Shown one piece after another: positions 15,413 to 22,375 of a stretch of DNA of 64,000 nt (its first letter is position 1; every line of letters begins with the position of its first letter). The DNA comes from a virus. The stretch lies in IMG/VR virus record IMGVR_UViG_3300042013_000056, positions 118,860 to 182,859 of that record; one strand, 5' to 3'. The position numbers were made by a program, and so were the translations under genes. A model generated the notes under the pieces. The model was not told the origin of the DNA. It saw only the letters and a program-made list of their open reading frames with translations, and did not search any database.

Positions 15413-15568
15413 TTTGGTCACCATCTTATAAACCGCTGATGAACGCGGTACAAGCTGCCACCGGTTGTTGCTACACCGATTAGACCTGTTGTCCCGAGAA
15501 GCCGCTAAGCTTCAATTGGAACCATCATACGTGGCCTTACTACGTCTAGTTAGCACTACAGCATTGTT

Positions 15569-15652
15569 TGGTGGATCAGGTAGGGATCGAACCTACTTCG
15601 CCAGCGGCATGGGGTTACAGCCCACTAGGACTACCTGTGTCCCGTCTGATCC
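15569..15652 (-). tRNA. tRNA-Tyr(GTA), copy 1
   Basis: CT-GTA-AC, long variable arm, CCA; CTAAATA late promoter at 15659-15665. Confidence 0.9.
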
Positions 15653-15975
15653 ATGTTCTATTTAGATCGGAGCAAATGGCTCAACAATCTGGAATTAGTA
15701 GCACCCGGTAAAAGGTCACATCATTGATCAATGATGCTAACGTGCAATAGTTAGACACTTTGTCAGTCAAACAGGATTCTTTAACGAATTCCCCCATTAT
15801 ATCTCGGCTGATTGTTTCAAGAACATCCAGCAAATCTTCTACCGATTAACGTCCGGTTGTATCCCGACATGGTTATGTTGTGAACCAGTACACACCAACC
15901 TGTTAACGAACAGCAGGGACAACCGCATGCATTTTACCCAGTGCATGATGGGATGTGCCGTTTACCCGGCAAATT

Positions 15976-16051
15976 TGGTGGGAAAGGATGGACTTGCACC
16001 ACCCCACACCCGCTGTTAGCAGGCAGCTCTAGCTATCTGAGCTACTTTCCC
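15976..16051 (-). ncRNA. Aberrant tRNA-like RNA (loop CTAACAG, nominal anticodon AAC; T loop TGCAAGT)
   Basis: Same GGGAAAG/CTTTCCC acceptor as 15334-15412; the anticodon stem can extend to leave a 3-nt loop. Confidence 0.65.
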
Positions 16052-16052
16052 A

Positions 16053-16185
16053 TGGTGACGATTGAGTTCTATTGGTGATCGTCAAACCGCAAAACCCCTG
16101 AACTTTTGGGGATCAACGCTTATCCCCTTGGGCGTTGACAGAAACCAGTCGATACCCGAAGGCGTTAGAACTGAGGGAGTTTCCA
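16053..16185 (-). ncRNA. CCA-terminated multi-hairpin RNA with a possible pseudoknot
   Basis: 3' hairpin TGACGAT/ATCGTCA-CCA; its loop TAGAACT is complementary to the 5' AGTTCTA. Confidence 0.5.
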
Positions 16186-16187
16186 TT

Positions 16188-16264
16188 TGGTGGGTCGTCT
16201 GGGATTCGAACCCAGAACCTTCCGGTTAAAAGCCGGATATTCTAAACCGTTGAATTAACGACCC
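16188..16264 (-). tRNA. tRNA-Lys(TTT)
   Basis: TCCGG-CT-TTT-AA-CCGGA, CCA. Confidence 0.93.
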
Positions 16265-16279
16265 GGTGAAACTTGAATT

Positions 16280-16355
16280 TGGCGCCCATGAACGGACTCG
16301 AACCGTCAACTTACCGCTAGACAGGCGGTTACTCTACCAATTGAGTTACATGAGC
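16280..16355 (-). tRNA. tRNA-Asp(GTC)
   Basis: ACCGC-CT-GTC-TA-GCGGT, G73, CCA. Confidence 0.92.
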
Positions 16356-16361
16356 TTTTAA

Positions 16362-16426
16362 CTGGATACCATTGGTCTTTTCAAAGATTAAAGGTTTGAA
16401 TGATTTATGGTTTGCTGTTGGTATCC
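16362..16426 (-). ncRNA. AACAGCA-motif stem RNA, copy 3
   Basis: GGATAC-C-AACAGCAAA...AATG-GTATCC-AG. Confidence 0.65.
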
Positions 16427-16432
16427 AAAACT

Positions 16433-16502
16433 TGGTGCAGTAGCTGGATTTGACACCGGCATCAGTCGCTTTAGAGGCGTTGACTTCTTTAGTCGATACT
16501 GC
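16433..16502 (-). tRNA. Degenerate second CUA (amber) tRNA-like gene
   Basis: GCAGTA/TACTGC-ACCA, loop CT-CTA-AA on a 3-bp CGC/GCG stem, 8-nt T loop. Confidence 0.55.
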
Positions 16503-16558
16503 AAATGGGGCCGATCATTCGGTTAAATTCCCCGGTAATTCTGTTTGCTTATACGGTA

Positions 16559-16591
16559 ATTGTATCACAACACAACCACCAAATAAACATT
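16559..16591 (-). promoter_or_regulatory. Early/middle-type promoter
   Basis: AATGTTTAT-N18-TACAAT. Confidence 0.75.
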
Positions 16592-16600
16592 GAAACTTAA

Positions 16601-16658
16601 CTAGTTGCACTTTTGCTTTCAAGCCAATATGAAATTTAAGTGTTTGCTGTTGGCAACT
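16601..16658 (-). ncRNA. AACAGCA-motif stem RNA, copy 4
   Basis: AGTTGC-C-AACAGCAAA...AAAAGT-GCAACT-AG. Confidence 0.65.
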
Positions 16659-16663
16659 AAAAC

Positions 16664-16738
16664 TGGTACATCCGGTTGGACTCGAACCAACATAAGTCGG
16701 CTTAGAAGGCCGATGCACTTCCGTTATACCACGGATGT
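16664..16738 (-). tRNA. tRNA-Arg(TCT)
   Basis: TCGGC-CT-TCT-AA-GCCGA, CCA. Confidence 0.92.
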
Positions 16739-16746
16739 ATTGAAAC

Positions 16747-16825
16747 TGGTGGGCCAAAGCGGGATTCGAACCCTACCCTCATCCACTCTCTGGGATGCGC
16801 TCTATCCGCTAAGCTACTCGGACCC
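16747..16825 (-). ncRNA. Aberrant tRNA-like RNA (8-nt anticodon loop, extended acceptor stem)
   Basis: CATCC-CAGAGAGT-GGATG; canonical T loop; ACCA. Confidence 0.65.
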
Positions 16826-16838
16826 ATTTGATGTAATC

Positions 16839-16871
16839 AATATATCATATCAATCACACAAATTAAACATT
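16839..16871 (-). promoter_or_regulatory. Early/middle-type promoter
   Basis: AATGTTTAA-N18-TATATT. Confidence 0.7.
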
Positions 16872-16885
16872 GAAACTAAATTATT

Positions 16886-16973
16886 TGGCGGGCCACTGAG
16901 GTATCGATCCCCAATCGCGAAACGATCCACTAGTTTTCAAGACTAGGCTACCAGCCATGGCAGTTAATGACCC
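16886..16973 (-). tRNA. tRNA-Ser(TGA)
   Basis: CTAGT-CT-TGA-AA-ACTAG, long variable arm, G73, CCA. Confidence 0.9.
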
Positions 16974-16974
16974 A

Positions 16975-17166
16975 TTAAATCTGTTTGAACACTGGCAGGT
17001 TGTAGGTATGCATTCTTACGAATTCACGACAATCCAATTTAATTGGATTGCCTACAGTGTGTGGTGTACGTTCAGTGAACAATCCACCGTCGTCTTGCTC
17101 TACAAGGTACAACAACATGCAATTGCCGGTTGTGCCTTCCAGTTGTCCTTTAAAATACCGATCCAT
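16975..17166 (-). CDS. Hypothetical protein
   Basis: 63 aa, coupled to neighbours. Confidence 0.5.
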   Translation of the reverse strand: MDRYFKGQLEGTTGNCMLLYLVEQDDGGLFTERTPHTVGNPIKLDCREFVRMHTYNLPVFKQI

Positions 17167-17379
17167 TCAAAGCCCCATTACACTGACCAGAAGGCCATAT
17201 TCTTGGATCATCTGATAGTTACGACCAGCATAGAAGAATTTGATGATACTAGACCCTTCAAACTCGATGCTTGGTTGAAACGAAACCAAATCCATGTGTT
17301 CATCTAATACGCCAATCACTTCATGGAAGTCGCTTGGGTTCAGATTTGTCTGAATGCTTTTCAAGTCTTTTGGAAACAT
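17167..17379 (-). CDS. Hypothetical protein
   Basis: 70 aa. Confidence 0.5.
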   Translation of the reverse strand: MFPKDLKSIQTNLNPSDFHEVIGVLDEHMDLVSFQPSIEFEGSSIIKFFYAGRNYQMIQEYGLLVSVMGL

Positions 17380-17540
17380 TAAGCTGGTTCCTTTGGTATC
17401 ATAAACGCGGGAGTCGGAGTGAATCGTTTCGGATTCCGTCCAGACCCTACGATGGTTAGCACCGGCTTTTGACGCTTAACCGGCTGTGAACCAAGTGTCC
17501 AGAAGCTGTTCAAGCCCCAGAAATTACCACGTTGTTTCAT
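17379..17540 (-). CDS. Hypothetical 53-aa basic protein
   Basis: Start trimmed to ATG 17540 after a TGAGA leader; the longer ORF crosses tRNA-Gly. Confidence 0.45.
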   Translation of the reverse strand: MKQRGNFWGLNSFWTLGSQPVKRQKPVLTIVGSGRNPKRFTPTPAFMIPKEPA

Positions 17541-17562
17541 AATATAAGTCTCACAATGAAAT

Positions 17563-17638
17563 TGGAGCGGACGACGAGACTTGAACTCGCAACAGCCTGC
17601 TTGGAAGGCAGGAACTCTACCAATTGAGTTACGTCCGC
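17563..17638 (-). tRNA. tRNA-Gly(TCC)
   Basis: CCTGC-CT-TCC-AA-GCAGG, U73, CCA. Confidence 0.93.
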
Positions 17639-17758
17639 AAATGGAAAGCACTGTCTCACGACGTTCTCGCCACCGAATACCCAAGGCGCGGGTAATTCGT
17701 TTGTCAAGCACCGGTTAACTTGAAGCTTTTGTTCCGGCTGTGCCTGACTTGTGAATCT

Positions 17759-17791
17759 ACTATAACAGGGTTCTGTTCAATTCTAAACATT
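17759..17791 (-). promoter_or_regulatory. Early/middle-type promoter
   Basis: AATGTTTAG-N18-TATAGT. Confidence 0.75.
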
Positions 17792-17806
17792 GAAACAGAA
17801 ATAATT

Positions 17807-17884
17807 TGGTGTGGATGATCGGACTCGAACCGACTCCTACCGGGTTTCAGGCCCGGTCGCTTCGTCCCTGTTAGCTTCATCTAC
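17807..17884 (-). tRNA. Atypical tRNA, loop CCTGAAA (TGA by register with C33; GAA if shifted)
   Basis: 6-bp ACCGGG/CCCGGT anticodon stem, short variable loop, ACCA. Confidence 0.6.
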
Positions 17885-17889
17885 AGATT

Positions 17890-17965
17890 TGGTGGGTTCA
17901 AACGGTAACGATCCGTTATCTATGGCTTTTCAGACCATCGCTTGTACCATATAAGCTATGAACCC
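17890..17965 (-). tRNA. tRNA-Phe(GAA)
   Basis: CT-GAA-AA, CCA. Confidence 0.92.
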
Positions 17966-17968
17966 ATA

Positions 17969-18089
17969 ACAGAATGCATTTATCTATCGGCACGATTCGA
18001 ACGTGCTTCTCCCTATGCCAAGGGTGGTTTACCTACATAACCTACGCTGCAAAGATTGGTTGCATGAGATTGGTTGCTGTTAGCATTCT
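17969..18089 (-). ncRNA. AACAGCA-motif stem RNA, copy 5, enclosing a tRNA-like core
   Basis: GAATGC-T-AACAGCAA...GGTT/AACC, CCCT/AGGG, GCACG-TTCGAAT-CGTGC...AAAT-GCATTC-TG. Confidence 0.65.
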
Positions 18090-18097
18090 AAGGCATT

Positions 18098-18181
18098 TGG
18101 TGCGTTAGGTAGGGATCGAACCCACTGTGCCATCGGCGCCGCTTTACAGGCGGTTGGGACTACCCTTGTCCCGTCTAACGC
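18098..18181 (-). tRNA. tRNA-Tyr(GTA), copy 2
   Basis: CT-GTA-AA, long variable arm, CCA. Confidence 0.9.
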
Positions 18182-18196
18182 ATTGAAACTAAAATT

Positions 18197-18272
18197 TGGT
18201 GCCCGTAGAGGGATTCGAACCCCCAACCCCTCGGTTCGTAGCCGAGGATTCATCCAGTTGAACTTTACGGGC
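18197..18272 (-). tRNA. tRNA-Arg(ACG)
   Basis: CTCGG-CT-ACG-AA-CCGAG, CCA. Confidence 0.93.
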
Positions 18273-18275
18273 AAT

Positions 18276-18300
18276 AAAAAGGGAGCCAATGGCTCCCTTT
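18276..18300. terminator. Intrinsic terminator
   Basis: AAAAAGGGAGCC-A-TGGCTCCCTTT-type perfect hairpin with A/T tails. Confidence 0.75.
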
Positions 18301-18324
18301 AAGAAAATCGATGCAACAACCGAA

Positions 18325-18453
18325 TCAAATATCCGGGCGTTCGTCTTCTTGGGAACCAATTGTAACGGTTTTGCCGAAATTAAAGGCAAAGCGATCCTGT
18401 ACCGGATATCCAGCATTTTTCAGAGAGCGATTTGTGATAGTCATTGACGACAT
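18325..18453 (-). CDS. Small (42 aa) probable late protein
   Basis: MSSMTITNRSLKNAGYPVQDRF..., between a CTAAATA promoter (18492-18498) and a terminator. Confidence 0.45.
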   Translation of the reverse strand: MSSMTITNRSLKNAGYPVQDRFAFNFGKTVTIGSQEDERPDI

Positions 18454-18537
18454 GGCTTTAATTCCAATTTGTAAAACAGTTGATGTACTTGTATTTAGCG
18501 TTGTGTTTTTGAAAAATCATCGGTTTTCGAAAATAAT

Positions 18538-18810
18538 TCAAAAATAATTTTCACCGGTTGTTTGATACCGTGTCCAATCCATGATCATGTATTCCAGCCT
18601 AGACCGGAACGACCACAGGAAACCATACTCTGCAAAGTCCTCAGACTTCGCTACAGCCATTTGTTGAGTCAGTGTGCGGATTTCCCCGAACACTGACATC
18701 ACAGTCGTCATACCGGCTTGTAGACGGTCTACGATCATTTGTTGCAACCATGCTTCACCCTTGGAACCGTAGTGGTTCGCATAGGCCAGCACAAACTCAT
18801 CAAATGTCAT
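18538..18810 (-). CDS. Hypothetical protein
   Basis: 90 aa with AAGG RBS. Confidence 0.6.
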   Translation of the reverse strand: MTFDEFVLAYANHYGSKGEAWLQQMIVDRLQAGMTTVMSVFGEIRTLTQQMAVAKSEDFAEYGFLWSFRSRLEYMIMDWTRYQTTGENYF

Positions 18811-18823
18811 AGACCACCTTTCC

Positions 18824-20221
18824 TTACCAGTCGTAACGCGGAACGTTCAGAGTGTCCAACATCATAGACAGTGGGGTCACTTCTGGAACATCAGTTGCCG
18901 CCAGAATCGATTTCATGATTGCTGGACTGAATCCAGTAACCATCGCAGTACCACCAACACCGAAGCTAACTGGCACGTTACCGAAACTGGAGTTCATGTT
19001 CCAGAAAATGATGTCCGGGCGTTTGTAGCCAGCGGCTGCATACATACGGTCAATCATTTCGAACGCTGAATCATTTTGGAAACCACGGTCCACGCTATTG
19101 AACTGCATGTCAGACCACAACAGAATCTTGGTCGGCATGTCTTCAACCGGAACTTTGTGTTTCACCGCCGATTTCAGAATCAGTTCGAACGACTTTTGCA
19201 GGTTGGTAGAACCACCCCACGGTGCAGATTTTGTCTTGCGAACACGTTCGGTCAGTGTCTTGCAGTCCGACAGGTCCACCCATGTAGGGTTACTATCAAA
19301 CGTGATGAACTGATCCTTGAAGATGCCCTTGGAACGCTCTGCAACGTAGATACCCAGAGATACCGCCACATCCATACAGGTCAGGCCCGGAGACGCGTTG
19401 TAGTTGCTCATAGAGCCCGACACATCGACGATACCAATCAGGTTCTCTTTCGAGTCTGCAAGGTAATCTGGCAATGCTTTCCACTGCGCATCAGCAACAC
19501 CCTGAACACCATTCAAACCGCGAATGACATCGTAAGGGAAGATCGCACCGGCATTGATGGTGGTTTTGCCTGTAGCAAGACCGTCAACCCATTCTTGGTA
19601 CGCTTCTGGTGCATTACGCTTGAATGCCTTCTGGTAGTTCTTCGACGCAACCGATGGAAGCTTGCTGAAATCGATTTCGTTCCACTGCTGGGCACACATC
19701 TTCTGTTCAACAGTGTTGGACAGCTTGACGATCATTTTGCGGTAGTTGCGTTCGGTCAATTCGAACTGATTCATGAAGAACCGAGAATACTTCTTGCCTT
19801 CACGCGGCATCCACTTCGCACACAGACCGTTATTGTCAAGCAGAGCCTGAGCAACGATTTCAGTGATAACGAAGTCCAGTTGCTCACTGATACCGATCAG
19901 TTGCCACAGGTCATCCCAACGACCAACTTCCGGGATTTTTGCGATGATACGCGCTGTGGTGTGAATGTGTTGTTCACGGGCGATTTGCCCCATCAACGAA
20001 CGGAAAGTCTGACGTTCACCAGCACCACCGCGAATATCACGAACCCACAACAGTTGACGAACTGCCAAATCGGCATCTTCGTTGTACGCAGCACGGAACT
20101 GGCTCGACAGGTCAAGACCACGGGCCGAACCGATCTTGGCGAACAGATCGACGTTTGCATTGAAGCTGGTTTTCTGTGCAGCCATACCGTTGGTGGTACG
20201 AGTCATGTTAGTTTGATTCAT
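18824..20221 (-). CDS. TROVE/Ro60-like RNA-binding protein with C-terminal vWA domain (DUF2828-type)
   Basis: Start trimmed to ATG 20221 (promoter lies at 20260-20292). N-terminus TTNGM...VDLF, RDIRGGAGER, GRWDDL, AKWMPRE; vWA MIDAS DVSGSM. Confidence 0.8.
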   Translation of the reverse strand: MNQTNMTRTTNGMAAQKTSFNANVDLFAKIGSARGLDLSSQFRAAYNEDADLAVRQLLWVRDIRGGAGERQTFRSLMGQIAREQHIHTTARIIAKIPEVGRWDDLWQLIGISEQLDFVITEIVAQALLDNNGLCAKWMPREGKKYSRFFMNQFELTERNYRKMIVKLSNTVEQKMCAQQWNEIDFSKLPSVASKNYQKAFKRNAPEAYQEWVDGLATGKTTINAGAIFPYDVIRGLNGVQGVADAQWKALPDYLADSKENLIGIVDVSGSMSNYNASPGLTCMDVAVSLGIYVAERSKGIFKDQFITFDSNPTWVDLSDCKTLTERVRKTKSAPWGGSTNLQKSFELILKSAVKHKVPVEDMPTKILLWSDMQFNSVDRGFQNDSAFEMIDRMYAAAGYKRPDIIFWNMNSSFGNVPVSFGVGGTAMVTGFSPAIMKSILAATDVPEVTPLSMMLDTLNVPRYDW

Positions 20222-20259
20222 TATGTATTCTCTCACAAGTTGTTCTGATTTATGTGCCC

Positions 20260-20292
20260 ATCGTAGCATGGTTTGATTCTGTTTTAAACATT
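20260..20292 (-). promoter_or_regulatory. Early/middle-type promoter
   Basis: AATGTTTAA-N18-TACGAT upstream of the TROVE-like gene. Confidence 0.7.
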
Positions 20293-20325
20293 GGAACAGA
20301 ATTATTTTCACAAATGTTTAGGCGT

Positions 20326-20352
20326 AAAAAAGCCCCGGCGAACCGAGGCTTT
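20326..20352 (-). terminator. Intrinsic terminator
   Basis: AAAGCCTCGG-TTCG-CCGGGGCTTTTTT on the minus strand. Confidence 0.75.
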
Positions 20353-20358
20353 AGAATG

Positions 20359-20433
20359 TGGCAGGCTACTACGGACTCGAACCGCAAATGAGGGATTTGG
20401 AATCCCTAGTGTTGCCAATTACACCAGTAACCC
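20359..20433 (-). tRNA. tRNA-Trp(CCA)
   Basis: AGGGA-TT-CCA-AA-TCCCT, G73, CCA. Confidence 0.92.
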
Positions 20434-20665
20434 ATAAACCGGCCCTCACACACAAGAGAATGTCTTTACAGACTAGGCCGGGGTCGAAGCGTGGATTAAA
20501 TCCTGCTTCTGTACTTCTATTTAGTGCTTTGATTTTCAAAAATGGTCGTATTTGCAAAAATAATTCACAAACACCCACTTCGGCAGTCATCCTGTTGCCT
20601 TCGTAGAGCTTCCCGCCCAATGAGTATTCATTAAAACACACAATTGGGCGGAAATAAACATTGAA

Positions 20666-21046
20666 TCAGTACCAATCCCACATGCGTTCAGCTTCGTTCA
20701 CACGGGGTGACAGGATTACATCATAATCCTCGGTACGGCTGGCACGGTACATTTCGATCTTGTGCTTACGCTTCTGTCTCATGGTGTCTTCACGGTGGTA
20801 CATGCCGGGGCACTTATTCCATCGTCTGTAGTCCATGTGATATTCACGGATGTTGAATTCTGCGTATGCATCATATTCTTTGAAATCGTCATCCATCCAA
20901 TATGGTTGGTCGAGGATTTCGTTATGCCATCCACCCGGATACGAAATGCACAGATGCGTGCGTTCATTTTCACAGCGCAGAAGACCAAGACCGATGTACT
21001 TGTGGAAGTTCCGGTTAGGGTTACCGCGACGAATTGTTCTTGACAT
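20666..21046 (-). CDS. Hypothetical protein
   Basis: 126 aa, GAGG RBS. Confidence 0.65.
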   Translation of the reverse strand: MSRTIRRGNPNRNFHKYIGLGLLRCENERTHLCISYPGGWHNEILDQPYWMDDDFKEYDAYAEFNIREYHMDYRRWNKCPGMYHREDTMRQKRKHKIEMYRASRTEDYDVILSPRVNEAERMWDWY

Positions 21047-21115
21047 TTTCTTCCCTCATTGAGAAGCCCGGTATTGAGCTTCAATGACGCGAAGATTTGT
21101 CCCAGATGTATTTGA

Positions 21116-21244
21116 TCATTCGTGTGATTTCCCACAACGTAGACATTTGGTGAAATAGAGATAACGAACCGATGGATTGTACCCAAACGGGTATCGTTCT
21201 TTGTAAACCAGTTTGCACCCGAAGATTTTACATATCAGGCTCAT
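21116..21244 (-). CDS. Small Cys-rich protein
   Basis: MSLICKIFGCK...KCLRCG, 42 aa, ATGA-coupled. Confidence 0.45.
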   Translation of the reverse strand: MSLICKIFGCKLVYKERYPFGYNPSVRYLYFTKCLRCGKSHE

Positions 21245-21516
21245 TGAGGCATCCAGTATGGTGCATCAGCCAACCCATATCGAACCATAGCCAGTTTGAA
21301 TGCATCAATCCGGCGTTCCTTGTAGAAGCCATTTGGATCAAATGGTCGAACCACTACATCATTCACATCAGCGAATGTGGTTGCATCAACTACAACATGA
21401 CCAGCCTTGCTACCATCGGCAGCAAGATAAATCTGTCCGTTGGTAATACCGTAGCTTGGTTCAACAACTGGTTTTGGTTGGCGTTTCTGTACAACGATTG
21501 TTGGTTTCGGTTTCAT
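21241..21516 (-). CDS. Hypothetical protein
   Basis: Start trimmed to ATG 21516 (the upstream part of the tracked ORF is tRNA-Leu). Confidence 0.55.
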   Translation of the reverse strand: MKPKPTIVVQKRQPKPVVEPSYGITNGQIYLAADGSKAGHVVVDATTFADVNDVVVRPFDPNGFYKERRIDAFKLAMVRYGLADAPYWMPQ

Positions 21517-21530
21517 GTCATTCTCACATT

Positions 21531-21616
21531 TGGTGCCCGTGGTGGGATTCGAACCCACATGATCTTTCGACCGTCGCATTTTAAGTGCGGTGTGTATACC
21601 GTTCCACCACACGGGC
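21531..21616 (-). tRNA. tRNA-Leu(TAA)
   Basis: CT-TAA-AA, long variable arm, CCA. Confidence 0.93.
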
Positions 21617-21623
21617 GTTTGTA

Positions 21624-21839
21624 TCAAATAAGCAGCGTAAGTTCGCTGTAGCCTTGTTCCTGAACTTCGTTGTAGGTCAACGGGTTCGCTTCAATCAGGT
21701 TTGGTGGCGAATAAATCACTTGAAGCGATTTGTTGTAGTTCGCATATTCAGCCAGTGACTTGAAATGAATATTGCCGATGTAGTTACCGGCGCGTGTGTG
21801 CATCAGCACTTCATAGACTAGATTCATCGACACTCTCAA
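21624..21839 (-). CDS. Hypothetical protein
   Basis: 71 aa. Confidence 0.45.
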   Translation of the reverse strand: MRVSMNLVYEVLMHTRAGNYIGNIHFKSLAEYANYNKSLQVIYSPPNLIEANPLTYNEVQEQGYSELTLLI

Positions 21840-22044
21840 AAAGGACGGTGTTAAAAGACTTGGTTGGGAATTCTTGCAGGGTTACATAAGACATCCAGCC
21901 ACCAACTTCGGTGTGGGATACTGTGTAGATAGCGTTCAGTTCCAGAACTTCGCGAGCGGCTTTGTTTTGTGTTTCATAGCCGCTTCCACCCGGTGTAAAG
22001 CGTACTTTCGTACCTGCACGGGCGTAGATATCCATACTACTCAT
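21811..22044 (-). CDS. Hypothetical protein
   Basis: Start trimmed to ATG 22044 (MSSMDIY). Confidence 0.55.
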   Translation of the reverse strand: MSSMDIYARAGTKVRFTPGGSGYETQNKAAREVLELNAIYTVSHTEVGGWMSYVTLQEFPTKSFNTVLFESVDESSL

Positions 22045-22075
22045 TACGAATTTTTCATTTCTCTTGTTTATAATT

Positions 22076-22153
22076 TGGTGGGCCTTGTCGGACTCGAACC
22101 GATCTATCCTTCGCTTATGAGGCGAACGCATTTACCAATTATGCTAAAGGCCC
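22076..22153 (-). tRNA. tRNA-Ile2 (CAT, probably lysidine-modified)
   Basis: GGGCCTT acceptor and CT-CAT-AA loop; body resembles bacterial Ile2. Confidence 0.8.
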
Positions 22154-22159
22154 GAATGT

Positions 22160-22355
22160 GGTTTGATGGTGTGCTATTACGCCAAAAGAGAGTTATGCCT
22201 TACCGTTTCCGGGGTGCCATCCTACTGCCAGTATTGGGTTCGTCTAACCTGCTTCTGATTGCCGTGACCGGTCAACCCGACATAGTACGAATGATCCAAT
22301 ACCTTGCTCTACTCATTATAAGGTGGCTGCTTCTAAGCCAACTTCCCATCAAACC
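22160..22355 (-). ncRNA. 23S rRNA GTPase-centre (L11-binding, H42-H44) mimic, copy A, with an inserted domain
   Basis: 10-bp closing stem GGTTTGATGG/CCATCAAACC enclosing GTTGGCTTAGAAGCAGCCA (19 nt identical to 23S H43) and GCGTAATAGC (H44 loop). Confidence 0.85.
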
Positions 22356-22375
22356 TACGGGTGTTGCGGGTTAAT

